A stretch of 18,694 nt of DNA from Candidatus Eiseniibacteriota bacterium (GCA_052390515.1 JBQTGV010000174.1:1-18694), one strand, 5' to 3'; positions 7,315-16,116 are shown, numbered from the stretch's first letter. Notes: generated by a model from the letters alone, not told the origin. A program made the numbers and translations.

Positions 7315-10300
7315 TCAGAACGAGATGAGCGCTTCGACGGCCACACTGACCGTCGTCTCGGTGCGGTCGCGCTGCAGATCCTTGGAGCGTCCGTAAGACA
7401 CGTCCAGGCTCCCCTGGATCTTCCGCGAGAAGTTGTACGTCGCCCGCGGCGCGATCGTCATGTTCTTGCGGTGGCTGCGCACCGTCGTCGTCGATTCGCC
7501 GCTCTCCTCGATGCGTGCCTCCTCGGACTTGTCCTCGCCGCGGCTCGCGTCGAAGGACAGCGTGAGATCGCTGCGGAAGCGCAGCCTCTTCCCCAGGAAC
7601 GAGATCCCGCGAGGGGCGGAGAAGCTGTACCGGCCGTTCAGGCGAACCTCGCCGGCGGTCGTCGTCGTGCGGGAGATGGTGCGGTTGAAGTTCGACTCGT
7701 CGACGGTTCGGCTGCGGTCGTACGAGATGGTCGTGTTCAGCCCGGAGTTCCAGTTCGTGTTCCACGCGAAGAACGGCGTGAAGTCGTCGCGAACGGTCTC
7801 GTTGTCGAACCAGTCCGTGTCCGGAGGATCGTACTCCCCCGGCGGAGGCAGCGGTCCGCTCCGCGACGTCTGGCGCCGGAACGCGCCGTTGATCGAGGAG
7901 GTCTTGGCCAGGCGCTGGAGGAGACGGGTCCCCTCCAGCCCCTCGAGATTGACGGAGAGGTCCGGGAAGGTGACCTCGAGGGTCTTGTTGCGAGTGTTGT
8001 TGCGCACGCTGCGGGTGATCGAGCGACTGTAGGCCCCGTCGAGGTAGAGCGCTTCCGTGGGATTGAACGACGTGTCCAGCTTCGAGGCGAAGGTGACGCT
8101 GGTGTTGTCCTCGATGAGGTTCGGTCCGGTCACGAGGAGGGACTTGTCGAACTCCTCGAAGCCGAACTGGTAACCGAACCCGGGACGGTCGCCGACGCGG
8201 CTGAAGCGCGAGGAGCGGCTGTCCCGGTAGGTGTAGCGGATGTCGCCGAACGAGCGGGCGAACCCCTGGAAGGCACGCCAAGCGTCGCCGAAGCTGGGGC
8301 GCTCCTTCGGCGCGCTCGTCGTGTCGGGCGCGGCGGTGGCGTCTTCGCCGGGATCGCGGGCCTCCTCGCCGGGCTTCGGCGGCGGCTGGGTCTCGGCGTC
8401 GTCCTCGGCCGAGCCCCTCCGGTCGGTCTCCCGTCCGCGCGTGGCGCGGGCCGGCGTGGTCCGGCCCTCCTTGAAGATCTGCCGGGGAGAAATCGTCGCC
8501 GACAGCTCGCGGACGTTCGTGTTCTCCACGCGCCGGAGCCGCCTTGCGCCCACGTCGCCGGACTGCACCTGCGGGCTCTGGTCCTCGCCGTAGCTCGTGT
8601 CGTAGGAGAGCACCGGGCGAAGCCAGCGGATCACGCTCGGGCGCCAGGACGCCCGCGTCTTGTGGTCGCGGCGGAGCTCCCGCCCGCCCAGGCGGAAGCT
8701 GTCGATGAGCCCGCGATCTTTGTGCAGGTCCAGATCCTGGCGCTTGTCGAACGTGAACTGGCTGTCGAACGTGTTGGAGCGGATCGGGTCCCACTGCACG
8801 CCGAGGTTGCCCTCCAGCGCGCGCGTGCGCACCGGCTCCCGTGGGTCCTCGATGCGGTTGCCCAGGGCGTCGATGCGGAGGTCGGCGGACTCGCGGAAGT
8901 TCTGCCGTCCGTTCAGCCCCATCTGCAGCGTCGGGAAGTACGACATGTCGAACCGCCAGACGCGGAACGTGCGGCCCTGTCCCGGATTCAGGTTGTAGGT
9001 CATCTGACCGGTGATCTGCTCGTCGTCGGAGACGAGGAATGGGCTCGTCTGCCGCGTCGTCCCCTTGCTTCCCGAAAGCGAGATGTTGTCCACCGAGTAG
9101 CGTAGGAAGCCGCTCCGCGAGGGTCGCGTCTTGGCGAATCGCGAGGACACCGATTGCCGGCGGGTCGTGGTCCGCGCCAGCACCTTGTCCTCCTCGTCGA
9201 CCAGCTCCACGTCGGAGTTCGGAGCGAGCCGCGGGGTCGACTCGCTGAAGGAGTAGTCTCCGGTCACCGGGAGTGAGACCCCCAGCCCGTCGAAGAACTT
9301 GTTGAGTTTCAGGTCTCCGCGGACGTCCCACGAGAACTCGTCGCTGCCGGTCCGGTCCCCCTCGATCCGGCGGAACTCCGAGTCGATCCTGCGTGCGCCT
9401 CCGTCGGCGGTGAGCAGGTCGGCGAAACGCGCCGTGCCGGTGACCCGGGAGGCGTACCCCCTGTCCTTCTGCACCGAATGCAGGCGTATCTCGTCCACCC
9501 AGATCTCGCCGTCGACCTCGAAGCGTCTCGGGTCGTCGCCCCGCACTCCCACGGTCAGCCGCCGGACCCGCGCCAGGCTCGGCGCACCGTACACCGCCAG
9601 CGTGTCGCCCGCGACGACCATGGAGCGGTACTCGACCGGTCGACCCTCGACGATCAAGGTGTCCCGGGGTGCCTCGAGCTTCAGCTCGGTCAGCGGCTGC
9701 AGATCGATGAAGATCTCCCGCCAGTCCGCGCTCGGACCGGACGCGAGCGTCGCCGTCGAGAACTCGTAGAAGTTTGTGGTGTCCGGGCCGAAGCGGAAGA
9801 AGAAGGTCCCCGTGGATGCCTTGGTGAAGCCCTCCCGGAGCCCGCCGCCTTCCCGGTAGCGGCCGTCGCGCACGTAGAAGGAGAGCGTCTCGTACTGGGT
9901 GAAGTCCTGGCTCCGCGATTCGCCGGTGTCGAGGATCTCCCTGTAGGCGCTCCCCTGACGGCCCACGCCGTTGAGCGGGACGGTGATCGGCTGCCCCGGG
10001 ATCCGTTCCTCGGGTCGCTCGTGGGACGTCCGCTTCCCCGACGGGATCCCGAAGTACTCCATCAGCAGGCTCTGCTCGCGGCGCTCCTCGTTGTTCACGT
10101 CCTCTTCGGGGTCGAACGGCGAGTAGTAGAAGACGTCCTCCTTATTGTTGACGACGTTGATCCGGAGGCTCCCCGCCTCCTCGGTGTCGGGCACCGGCTC
10201 GACCGTGTCGTTCCGGGAGATCTTCTCCTCGAGCCAAGCCGCGCCGACGATCTTGACTGACGCGACCTGGATCTTCGCTCCGGGCCCCGCGGCCAGGCTG

Positions 10301-13300
10301 TCGAACCACAGCCGCACGTACTTGATGGACTTGCGCCGGGGAACACCTCCGACGGCTTCCCCATCGTCCAGCGGCATGCGGTACAGCCGCCAGTGGTTGG
10401 TCGGCCGGGTCGCCGGATCGAAGTTCTTCTGCGCGAGGAACCCCTGGCCGATGGTCGTGTCCGCCAGGTCGACGACGTACGAGAGGTAAGCGTTCTCGGT
10501 GTCCAGGAACGCGTCGTCGTCCAGGTCCTCGGTGTCGAGCAGGCTGTTGCCTTCGTAGTTGTTGATCCGCGTGAAGTCCCCGGTCGCGCGACGGAACTCG
10601 AAGTCGTCGTCGCCGTCGTCGCCCGCCACGGCTCCCTCGTCGTCGCCCTGCACGTTGTCGAGACCGAAGTCCTCCCGGCTCACGGTGAGCTCTCCGTCGA
10701 AGGGATCCACGTCCTCCGTATCCAGGAATCCGCGTCCCTTGGGCGAGACGGAGTCGGCGGGCGCGCGGAGATAGAAATCCTCGCTGATCTCGCCCATGTC
10801 GAAGACCATGGTCCCCTGGGTGGCGCCGAAGTCGTTCACCCAGATCTCCAGGAACTTCTTCTCGGAGAAGTCCTCCCCGATCGTGGAGAGGTTGCGCAGG
10901 ATGCCGAGCCAGCCGGACGAGTCGGGATCCGAGCTGATCACGCCGGCGTCGGGACGGACGCCGAACTCCAGGACCTGCAGGAAGTCCTGGCCTTCGCGCT
11001 CGTCCTCGAGCTCGATGAAGACCTCGTCGCGGCGGACGACGTTCTCCGGGTTGTACCAGTTGAACGGCAGCGAAGGCACCCGCGTGCGGTCGAGCCCCCC
11101 GGCCACAGGGCCGACCGGCTCGGATGCGGGCACCCACACCCCGCGGGTGATGGACAGCTCCCGGCTGTCCTCCACACCCTCCATGTCGTCGATGTAGATC
11201 TCGCCCTTGGTGTTGGGATTGGGCAGCGACATGGCCACCTCGCCCAGGATCTGCAGCTCGGACTCGTCCTCGCTCTGCACCAGCGGTACGGAGTTCACCA
11301 GCCGGGTCATGAAGCCCGGGTTCGTGATCCACTGACCGTAGAGGTTGCCGACCAGGATCCGGGAAGGCTCCTGCCCGAGCTTGGGCCGCTGCTCGGGCGT
11401 GGCCCGGGTGAAGAACAGCCACGAGGACGACAGCCACGTGCGCGGACCGAAGTTGTACGTCCCGGAGAGGCCGACGAGCGACTCCTTGGCCTGGCCGAAG
11501 AGCGGCACGAACTCGAAGTCCACCTCGATCTCCGCGTCCGGCAGGCTCGCGTCCGGAGTCCGGAAGGTCAGCACGCCGAAGTCGTAGTCGATGTCGTAGT
11601 CCGTACCGCGCGTGAGCTGTCTGCCGTTCAGGAAGACGCGCTCCGAACCCTCCAGGATGTTGAAGCGGTTCAAGGAGTACGTGGGGCTCGGCGTCGTGTA
11701 CTTCACCTCCAGCAGGTACTTGTTCTGGTCGAGCAGGTCGTCCGGTTCACGCTCGTAGATGGCGGAGTTGTACTCGAGCAGCGGCACCCCCTCCTTCTCG
11801 AGGGGCAGGAACCCCGGCGACCGGCCGGTAGAGACGACCTCAGGACTCACGATCACGTTGAAGGTGGACGAGTCGGGCGCGAAGGGCGTGGGGTTGGGAA
11901 GCGTGATCGTGCCGTCCTCGAAGTCCACGTACTCCTGCTCGACGAGAAGGTCCGGCTCCGCCTGGGTGAGTCCCTTGTAGTCGAGGCCGAGAATGCGGAC
12001 GAACTCCGTGTTGGGAATCGCGCCGGTCGGGTCCTTCTGCACGTCCTCGTCCTGTTGGCCCGCGGCGGAGCCCCGGCGCAGCACGCGCATCTCGAAGCTC
12101 TCCGGTCGGATGTTCTGCGCGCCCAGGAAGTAGACGTTCTTGAGCTCCAGGCGCTTGGCCGGCTCGAACCCCTTCGCGGGGTCGTAGAGATCCCGCTCCG
12201 GCGGCGCGAGCAGCAGCAGGCTCAGCGTGTCAGGGTTGTCCAGGCTGCCGGCGCTGAACAGCGTATCGTTCCTCACGAACGTGTAGAACGCCGCGAGCAC
12301 GTGGTCCCGGGAGAGCGCCCGCTCCAGCGTGATGGCTCCCGATTCGGGATTGAAGGCGTAGTCCTCGTTCACCTTCAGGCGGTGATAGAACCCGCGGTGA
12401 ACGCCCACCGTGTCCGCCGGCGTCCCGGTGGCCGGGTCCACGTGCGCGAACCCGATCCGCGCGCCGTCGCGGATGTCGTTGCGCGTGTCCTTGTCGTCCA
12501 GGAAGAGCTCGAAGTTCCCGAGCGGCAGGATCCCGCCGCTCGTGGTGGGCGAGAGCGTGGTGGGCTGCGCCGCCCAGTAGTATTTGCGCCTCACGTAGTC
12601 CGTGTCCCGCACGATGACCGAGTCGCTGCGGGAGCGGCCCACGAAACGCTGCGACGCGGTCTCGCCCTCCTGCTTGGAGGCGATCACGGTGAAGTCCATG
12701 GCCCCGAGCTTCGCCTCGGCCTTCGCTCCGAACAGGCCCTGTTGGGACTTGCGGAAGCTGAGGAACTCCGCGCCGGGGAGCACGAGGTCGGTGTTGCCCA
12801 TCTCGATCTTCTGGATGACCTCGTCCTCCTCGCCGTCGTAGCGGAGGCGGATCTTGTTCTCGAACTCGGTGTCGACCTCGCTGTCGTGATTCACCAGGAC
12901 GTGGATCTTCTCGCCGACGGTGCCGTCGAGGTTCACGCGCAGCTGCTGCTTCATGTCCAGGTCGGGGAAGGCGGACGGGTTGCCGGACTCGAACGTGGGA
13001 CCTCCCTCGATGATCGTGGAGGTCCCGGAGAAGGTGATGCGCTCGGATCCGGACAGGTTGAGGCGCGCCCCCTGTCCGATCACGTTGGCGATCGACTCCG
13101 GGAACTGCACCGGCAGCTCGATCGAGACGATGTCCTGGCCGGCCCTCGCGTCGGCGTTCAGCACCGATTGCCGGACCTGGGTCTCCCACTCGATGAACGA
13201 GGCCTGGCGGGCCGAAGTCCTGGACGCCTCCGCCAGGTCCTCCACCCACTCCGGCCCGACCGACACGGTCCCGTAGCGCAGGTCGACGCGGACGAACCCC

Positions 13301-13551
13301 CGGTCGGCGTCGATCTCCACGTTCTCTCGGACCTTGGAGCCGACCCGCAGGCGGCCTTCAGGCCGCGGGCGGAGGTTCGCCAGCGAGCCGGTGGGCCGGA
13401 CATGGTCCGGCAGCCAGAAGGCGTCGCCGCCCAGGCGATCGTTGACGTAGTCGGCCCGGGCGGGAGCCGCGGCGACGATCGGGAGGGCGAGGGCGAGAAG
13501 CCCTGTGGCGATGGAGACGCGGACCCCGCGGGGCCGAACGTCCAATCTCAT
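7315..13551 (-). CDS. sprA: SprA/Sov-like type IX secretion system outer-membrane translocon (about 2078 aa)
   Basis: Sec signal peptide (GLLALALPIVAAAPARA). SprA-like blocks: FENKIRLRYDGEEDEVIQKIEMGN, QGLFGAKAEAKLG, GSERVFLNGRQLTRGTDYDIDYDFG, GEVAMSLPN...IYIDDMEG, FDMGEISED, GEIWVDEIRL. Amphipathic beta-strand-rich C-terminal half ending in Phe (VEALISF). Start set at ATG 13551 because the track start (TTG 13608) falls inside the predicted -10 box. Confidence 0.88.
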   Translation of the reverse strand: MRLDVRPRGVRVSIATGLLALALPIVAAAPARADYVNDRLGGDAFWLPDHVRPTGSLANLRPRPEGRLRVGSKVRENVEIDADRGFVRVDLRYGTVSVGPEWVEDLAEASRTSARQASFIEWETQVRQSVLNADARAGQDIVSIELPVQFPESIANVIGQGARLNLSGSERITFSGTSTIIEGGPTFESGNPSAFPDLDMKQQLRVNLDGTVGEKIHVLVNHDSEVDTEFENKIRLRYDGEEDEVIQKIEMGNTDLVLPGAEFLSFRKSQQGLFGAKAEAKLGAMDFTVIASKQEGETASQRFVGRSRSDSVIVRDTDYVRRKYYWAAQPTTLSPTTSGGILPLGNFELFLDDKDTRNDIRDGARIGFAHVDPATGTPADTVGVHRGFYHRLKVNEDYAFNPESGAITLERALSRDHVLAAFYTFVRNDTLFSAGSLDNPDTLSLLLLAPPERDLYDPAKGFEPAKRLELKNVYFLGAQNIRPESFEMRVLRRGSAAGQQDEDVQKDPTGAIPNTEFVRILGLDYKGLTQAEPDLLVEQEYVDFEDGTITLPNPTPFAPDSSTFNVIVSPEVVSTGRSPGFLPLEKEGVPLLEYNSAIYEREPDDLLDQNKYLLEVKYTTPSPTYSLNRFNILEGSERVFLNGRQLTRGTDYDIDYDFGVLTFRTPDASLPDAEIEVDFEFVPLFGQAKESLVGLSGTYNFGPRTWLSSSWLFFTRATPEQRPKLGQEPSRILVGNLYGQWITNPGFMTRLVNSVPLVQSEDESELQILGEVAMSLPNPNTKGEIYIDDMEGVEDSRELSITRGVWVPASEPVGPVAGGLDRTRVPSLPFNWYNPENVVRRDEVFIELEDEREGQDFLQVLEFGVRPDAGVISSDPDSSGWLGILRNLSTIGEDFSEKKFLEIWVNDFGATQGTMVFDMGEISEDFYLRAPADSVSPKGRGFLDTEDVDPFDGELTVSREDFGLDNVQGDDEGAVAGDDGDDDFEFRRATGDFTRINNYEGNSLLDTEDLDDDAFLDTENAYLSYVVDLADTTIGQGFLAQKNFDPATRPTNHWRLYRMPLDDGEAVGGVPRRKSIKYVRLWFDSLAAGPGAKIQVASVKIVGAAWLEEKISRNDTVEPVPDTEEAGSLRINVVNNKEDVFYYSPFDPEEDVNNEERREQSLLMEYFGIPSGKRTSHERPEERIPGQPITVPLNGVGRQGSAYREILDTGESRSQDFTQYETLSFYVRDGRYREGGGLREGFTKASTGTFFFRFGPDTTNFYEFSTATLASGPSADWREIFIDLQPLTELKLEAPRDTLIVEGRPVEYRSMVVAGDTLAVYGAPSLARVRRLTVGVRGDDPRRFEVDGEIWVDEIRLHSVQKDRGYASRVTGTARFADLLTADGGARRIDSEFRRIEGDRTGSDEFSWDVRGDLKLNKFFDGLGVSLPVTGDYSFSESTPRLAPNSDVELVDEEDKVLARTTTRRQSVSSRFAKTRPSRSGFLRYSVDNISLSGSKGTTRQTSPFLVSDDEQITGQMTYNLNPGQGRTFRVWRFDMSYFPTLQMGLNGRQNFRESADLRIDALGNRIEDPREPVRTRALEGNLGVQWDPIRSNTFDSQFTFDKRQDLDLHKDRGLIDSFRLGGRELRRDHKTRASWRPSVIRWLRPVLSYDTSYGEDQSPQVQSGDVGARRLRRVENTNVRELSATISPRQIFKEGRTTPARATRGRETDRRGSAEDDAETQPPPKPGEEARDPGEDATAAPDTTSAPKERPSFGDAWRAFQGFARSFGDIRYTYRDSRSSRFSRVGDRPGFGYQFGFEEFDKSLLVTGPNLIEDNTSVTFASKLDTSFNPTEALYLDGAYSRSITRSVRNNTRNKTLEVTFPDLSVNLEGLEGTRLLQRLAKTSSINGAFRRQTSRSGPLPPPGEYDPPDTDWFDNETVRDDFTPFFAWNTNWNSGLNTTISYDRSRTVDESNFNRTISRTTTTAGEVRLNGRYSFSAPRGISFLGKRLRFRSDLTLSFDASRGEDKSEEARIEESGESTTTVRSHRKNMTIAPRATYNFSRKIQGSLDVSYGRSKDLQRDRTETTVSVAVEALISF

Positions 13552-13606
13552 CCGGACTCGGACGAGGGGACTGCCGGGGCATGGTCCGAAGATCAAGGAT
13601 CGGAAC

Positions 13607-13636
13607 AACTTACGTAGCCGGTCGGTTCCCTGTCAA
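13607..13636 (-). promoter_or_regulatory. Putative sigma70 promoter for sprA
   Basis: Perfect -35 TTGACA (13636..13631), 18-nt spacer, -10-like TAAGTT (13612..13607) in a locally AT-richer intergenic region. Confidence 0.6.
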
Positions 13637-13658
13637 GGAACACGCCCCGCCGGGTGCC

Positions 13659-13688
13659 TTGCTGGTCCGCTCGACCGGCCGATATAGT
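13659..13688 (+). promoter_or_regulatory. Putative sigma70 promoter for lptF-lptG
   Basis: TTGCTG (13659-13664), 18-nt spacer, TATAGT (13683-13688, 5/6 match); SD GGAGG at 13712-13716 before GTG 13724. Confidence 0.55.
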
Positions 13689-13723
13689 CCCCGCCGGCCG
13701 CGGTCGTATCCGGAGGAAGACCG

Positions 13724-15043
13724 GTGGGTATACTCGACCGCTACGTTCTCCGGAAGCATGTCGGCCCCTTCGCGTTCGCGGTCGTCACGATCACGTTCAT
13801 CTTCGTGATGCGGGTGCTGGTCGACTTCCTCGACCTGTTCGCCTCCCGGAATCTCGACTTCCTGACGATCCTGGAGACGTTCCTCCTGTCGCTCGGCTGG
13901 ATCTTCGCCCTGACCTTCCCGATGTCGGTGCTGGTCGCCGTGGTCATGGCCTTCGGCCGACTCTCCCAGGACGCGGAGCTGGACGCGATCCACGCCGGGG
14001 GCGTGTCGTTCCTGCGGACCCTGACCCCGGTGGTGCTGTGCGCCATGGTATTGACCGTCGCGCTGTTTTACTACAACAACGCGGTCCTGCCGGAGGCCAA
14101 TCACCGTCTGAAGACTCTCACCGCGGACATCCACAAGATGCGCCCCACGATCGCCATCCGGGAACGAGTCTTCCTGGACGACTTCGACGGGTACCGGCTG
14201 CTCGTCCGGGAGGTGGAGGACGAGTCCAACATCGTCCGCGACGTGACCATCTACGCCCTGGACGCCCAGGAGGCGACCCGGACCATCCACGCGCCTTGGG
14301 GCGAGCTCCTCTACGACGACGGGGGCAACCGCCTGACCATCCGCCTGCACGACGGCGAGATCCACGAGGTCGACCGAGAGGACCAGAGCAGCTACTTCCT
14401 GCTCGATTTCGAGACCCATGACCTGATCTTCGACGACCTCGGGACGAAGCTGGAGCGGCGCGACGAGGGTGGCATCCGCGGCGACCGGGAGCTGTCCGTA
14501 GGGACCATGCGGGAGCTGGCCGCCAACCTCGAGGTGGAGAAGGCCGCGCAGGCCGACTCCCTGGTGGAGAACGTCGCCCGGGATCTCGACGAGCTCCGAG
14601 ACGCGGTCCACGAGGCGCTCGCCGCCGCCGACCCCGCCCGGGTGCGCCCCGCCGACTTCGCTTCCCGGGCACGCATCCAGCTGCGCAAGATCCGCAACGC
14701 CGAGAGCCGCGTGGAGCGGAAGGAGCGCGACATCAACCGCTACCGGGTGGAGATCCACAAGAAGTACTCCTTCCCCTTCGCGTGCGTCGTGTTCGTGCTG
14801 CTCGGAGCGCCGCTCGGTGCACGCGTCCGGCGCGGCGGGGCCGGCGTGGGCGGAGGTCTCTCGTTCCTGTTCTTCCTGCTCTACTACATGGCGTCGCTCG
14901 GAGGCGAGAAGCTCGGCGACCGCGGGATCATCTCCCCGGCGATCGGCATGTGGGGAATCAACATCCTTCTCGGCGGCGTAGGCCTCTATCTCGTGCTGCG
15001 CCGGGACAAGCGCGTCCTCTTCCGGGCAGGAGCGCCGGCGTGA
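13724..15043 (+). CDS. lptF: LptF/LptG (YjgP/YjgQ) family LPS export ABC permease, LptF-like
   Basis: ILDRYVLRKHVGPF, FPMSVLVAVVMAFGRLSQDAELDAIHAGGVS, periplasmic beta-rich domain, VEIHKKYSFPFACVVFVLLGAPLG, three N-terminal and three C-terminal hydrophobic segments. Confidence 0.92.
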   Translation: MGILDRYVLRKHVGPFAFAVVTITFIFVMRVLVDFLDLFASRNLDFLTILETFLLSLGWIFALTFPMSVLVAVVMAFGRLSQDAELDAIHAGGVSFLRTLTPVVLCAMVLTVALFYYNNAVLPEANHRLKTLTADIHKMRPTIAIRERVFLDDFDGYRLLVREVEDESNIVRDVTIYALDAQEATRTIHAPWGELLYDDGGNRLTIRLHDGEIHEVDREDQSSYFLLDFETHDLIFDDLGTKLERRDEGGIRGDRELSVGTMRELAANLEVEKAAQADSLVENVARDLDELRDAVHEALAAADPARVRPADFASRARIQLRKIRNAESRVERKERDINRYRVEIHKKYSFPFACVVFVLLGAPLGARVRRGGAGVGGGLSFLFFLLYYMASLGGEKLGDRGIISPAIGMWGINILLGGVGLYLVLRRDKRVLFRAGAPA

Positions 15044-16116
15044 GGGTGCTCGATCGATACGTCGCGAGGGCGCTGATCGCCCAGACCGGACTGGCCTCCA
15101 TCGGGTTCCTCACCGTCTCGATCGTCGTCGACCTGTTCGAGCGGCTGGACACCTTCATCGACAATCACGTGCACTGGGCGACGATCGCGCAGTACTACGT
15201 CGCGACGTTGCCGCACCTGTTCGTGATCACGCTGCCCGTCGCCGCGCTGATCGCGGTGCTCTTCGCCCTGGGAGGCATGGCCCGGCGCAACGAGCTGATC
15301 GCCATGACCGCGTCGGGCATCAGCCTGTACCGGATCCTCGCCCCGGTGCTGATCACCGGAGCGGTCCTGGCGGCAGTGGGCCTGTGCTTTACGATCCAGC
15401 TGGTGCCCTGGGGCAACGACCTGTCGCGCACGATCTACGACCACGAGATCAAGGGACGGCCGAAGGTGACCGGCGCTCAGCGCCGCGACCTGAACCTGCT
15501 GGGAAACGGCGGGCGCTTCTTCCTCATCCGCGAGTTCGACGGCGACGCCGGAACGATGGACGACGTCGTGGTCCAGGAGTTTGCCGAGGGAACCCTGGTG
15601 CGGCGCGTCGATGCGCGGACCGCGCAATGGAAGGGCGACGGCTGGCTGTTCTTCGACGGATTCGTCCGGCGTTTCTCGGAGCAGGGCGTGAAGGCCGAAG
15701 CGTTCACCGAGCGGCGCTTCGACGAGATCACCGAGACGCCCAAGGACTTCCTGCGCATCGAGAAGGAGCCGGACGAGATGACGCTGCGTGAGCTGCGCGA
15801 GCACGTGAGGCGGACGCGGCTGTCGGGCGGCGACGTGACCAAGCTCGGCGTCGACGAACAGATGCGCTACTCGTTCCCCTTCGCCAGCTTCATCGTGATG
15901 CTGCTCGGCGCGCCCCTGACCGGCGCGATCCGCAGGGGCGGGCACGCGCTCGGCTTCGGGCTGGCGCTGCTGGTCAGCTTCACGTACTACGTGCTGCTTG
16001 AGATAGGGAAGACGATGGGCTACAGCGAGACCATGCCCGCGGCGCTGGCGGCGTGGCTGCCCAACTTGGCCTTCACCGGCGCCGGGCTGTTCGGACTGCT
16101 GCGCACCCGCAAGTGA
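15040..16116 (+). CDS. lptG: LptF/LptG family LPS export ABC permease, LptG-like (about 358 aa)
   Basis: From GTG 15040 (GTGA overlap with the lptF stop, AGGAG SD): VLDRYVAR, LPVAALIAVLFALGGMARRNELIAMTASGISLYR, RYSFPFASFIVMLLGAPL, LAAWLPNLAF. Confidence 0.92.
   Translation: MRVLDRYVARALIAQTGLASIGFLTVSIVVDLFERLDTFIDNHVHWATIAQYYVATLPHLFVITLPVAALIAVLFALGGMARRNELIAMTASGISLYRILAPVLITGAVLAAVGLCFTIQLVPWGNDLSRTIYDHEIKGRPKVTGAQRRDLNLLGNGGRFFLIREFDGDAGTMDDVVVQEFAEGTLVRRVDARTAQWKGDGWLFFDGFVRRFSEQGVKAEAFTERRFDEITETPKDFLRIEKEPDEMTLRELREHVRRTRLSGGDVTKLGVDEQMRYSFPFASFIVMLLGAPLTGAIRRGGHALGFGLALLVSFTYYVLLEIGKTMGYSETMPAALAAWLPNLAFTGAGLFGLLRTRK

Noticed and set aside
7304-9331. Apparent 982-aa fusion placing a long N-terminal region on the M28 protein
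   Set aside because: The extension is an Arg/Pro-rich alternative frame of sprA; a strong SD, GTG 7303 and a lipoprotein signal define the real start.
14782-15039. Upstream extension of lptG in the ORF track
   Set aside because: Overlaps the lptF 3' end; the GTGA overlap with an AGGAG SD at 15040 gives the family-typical LDRY N-terminus.
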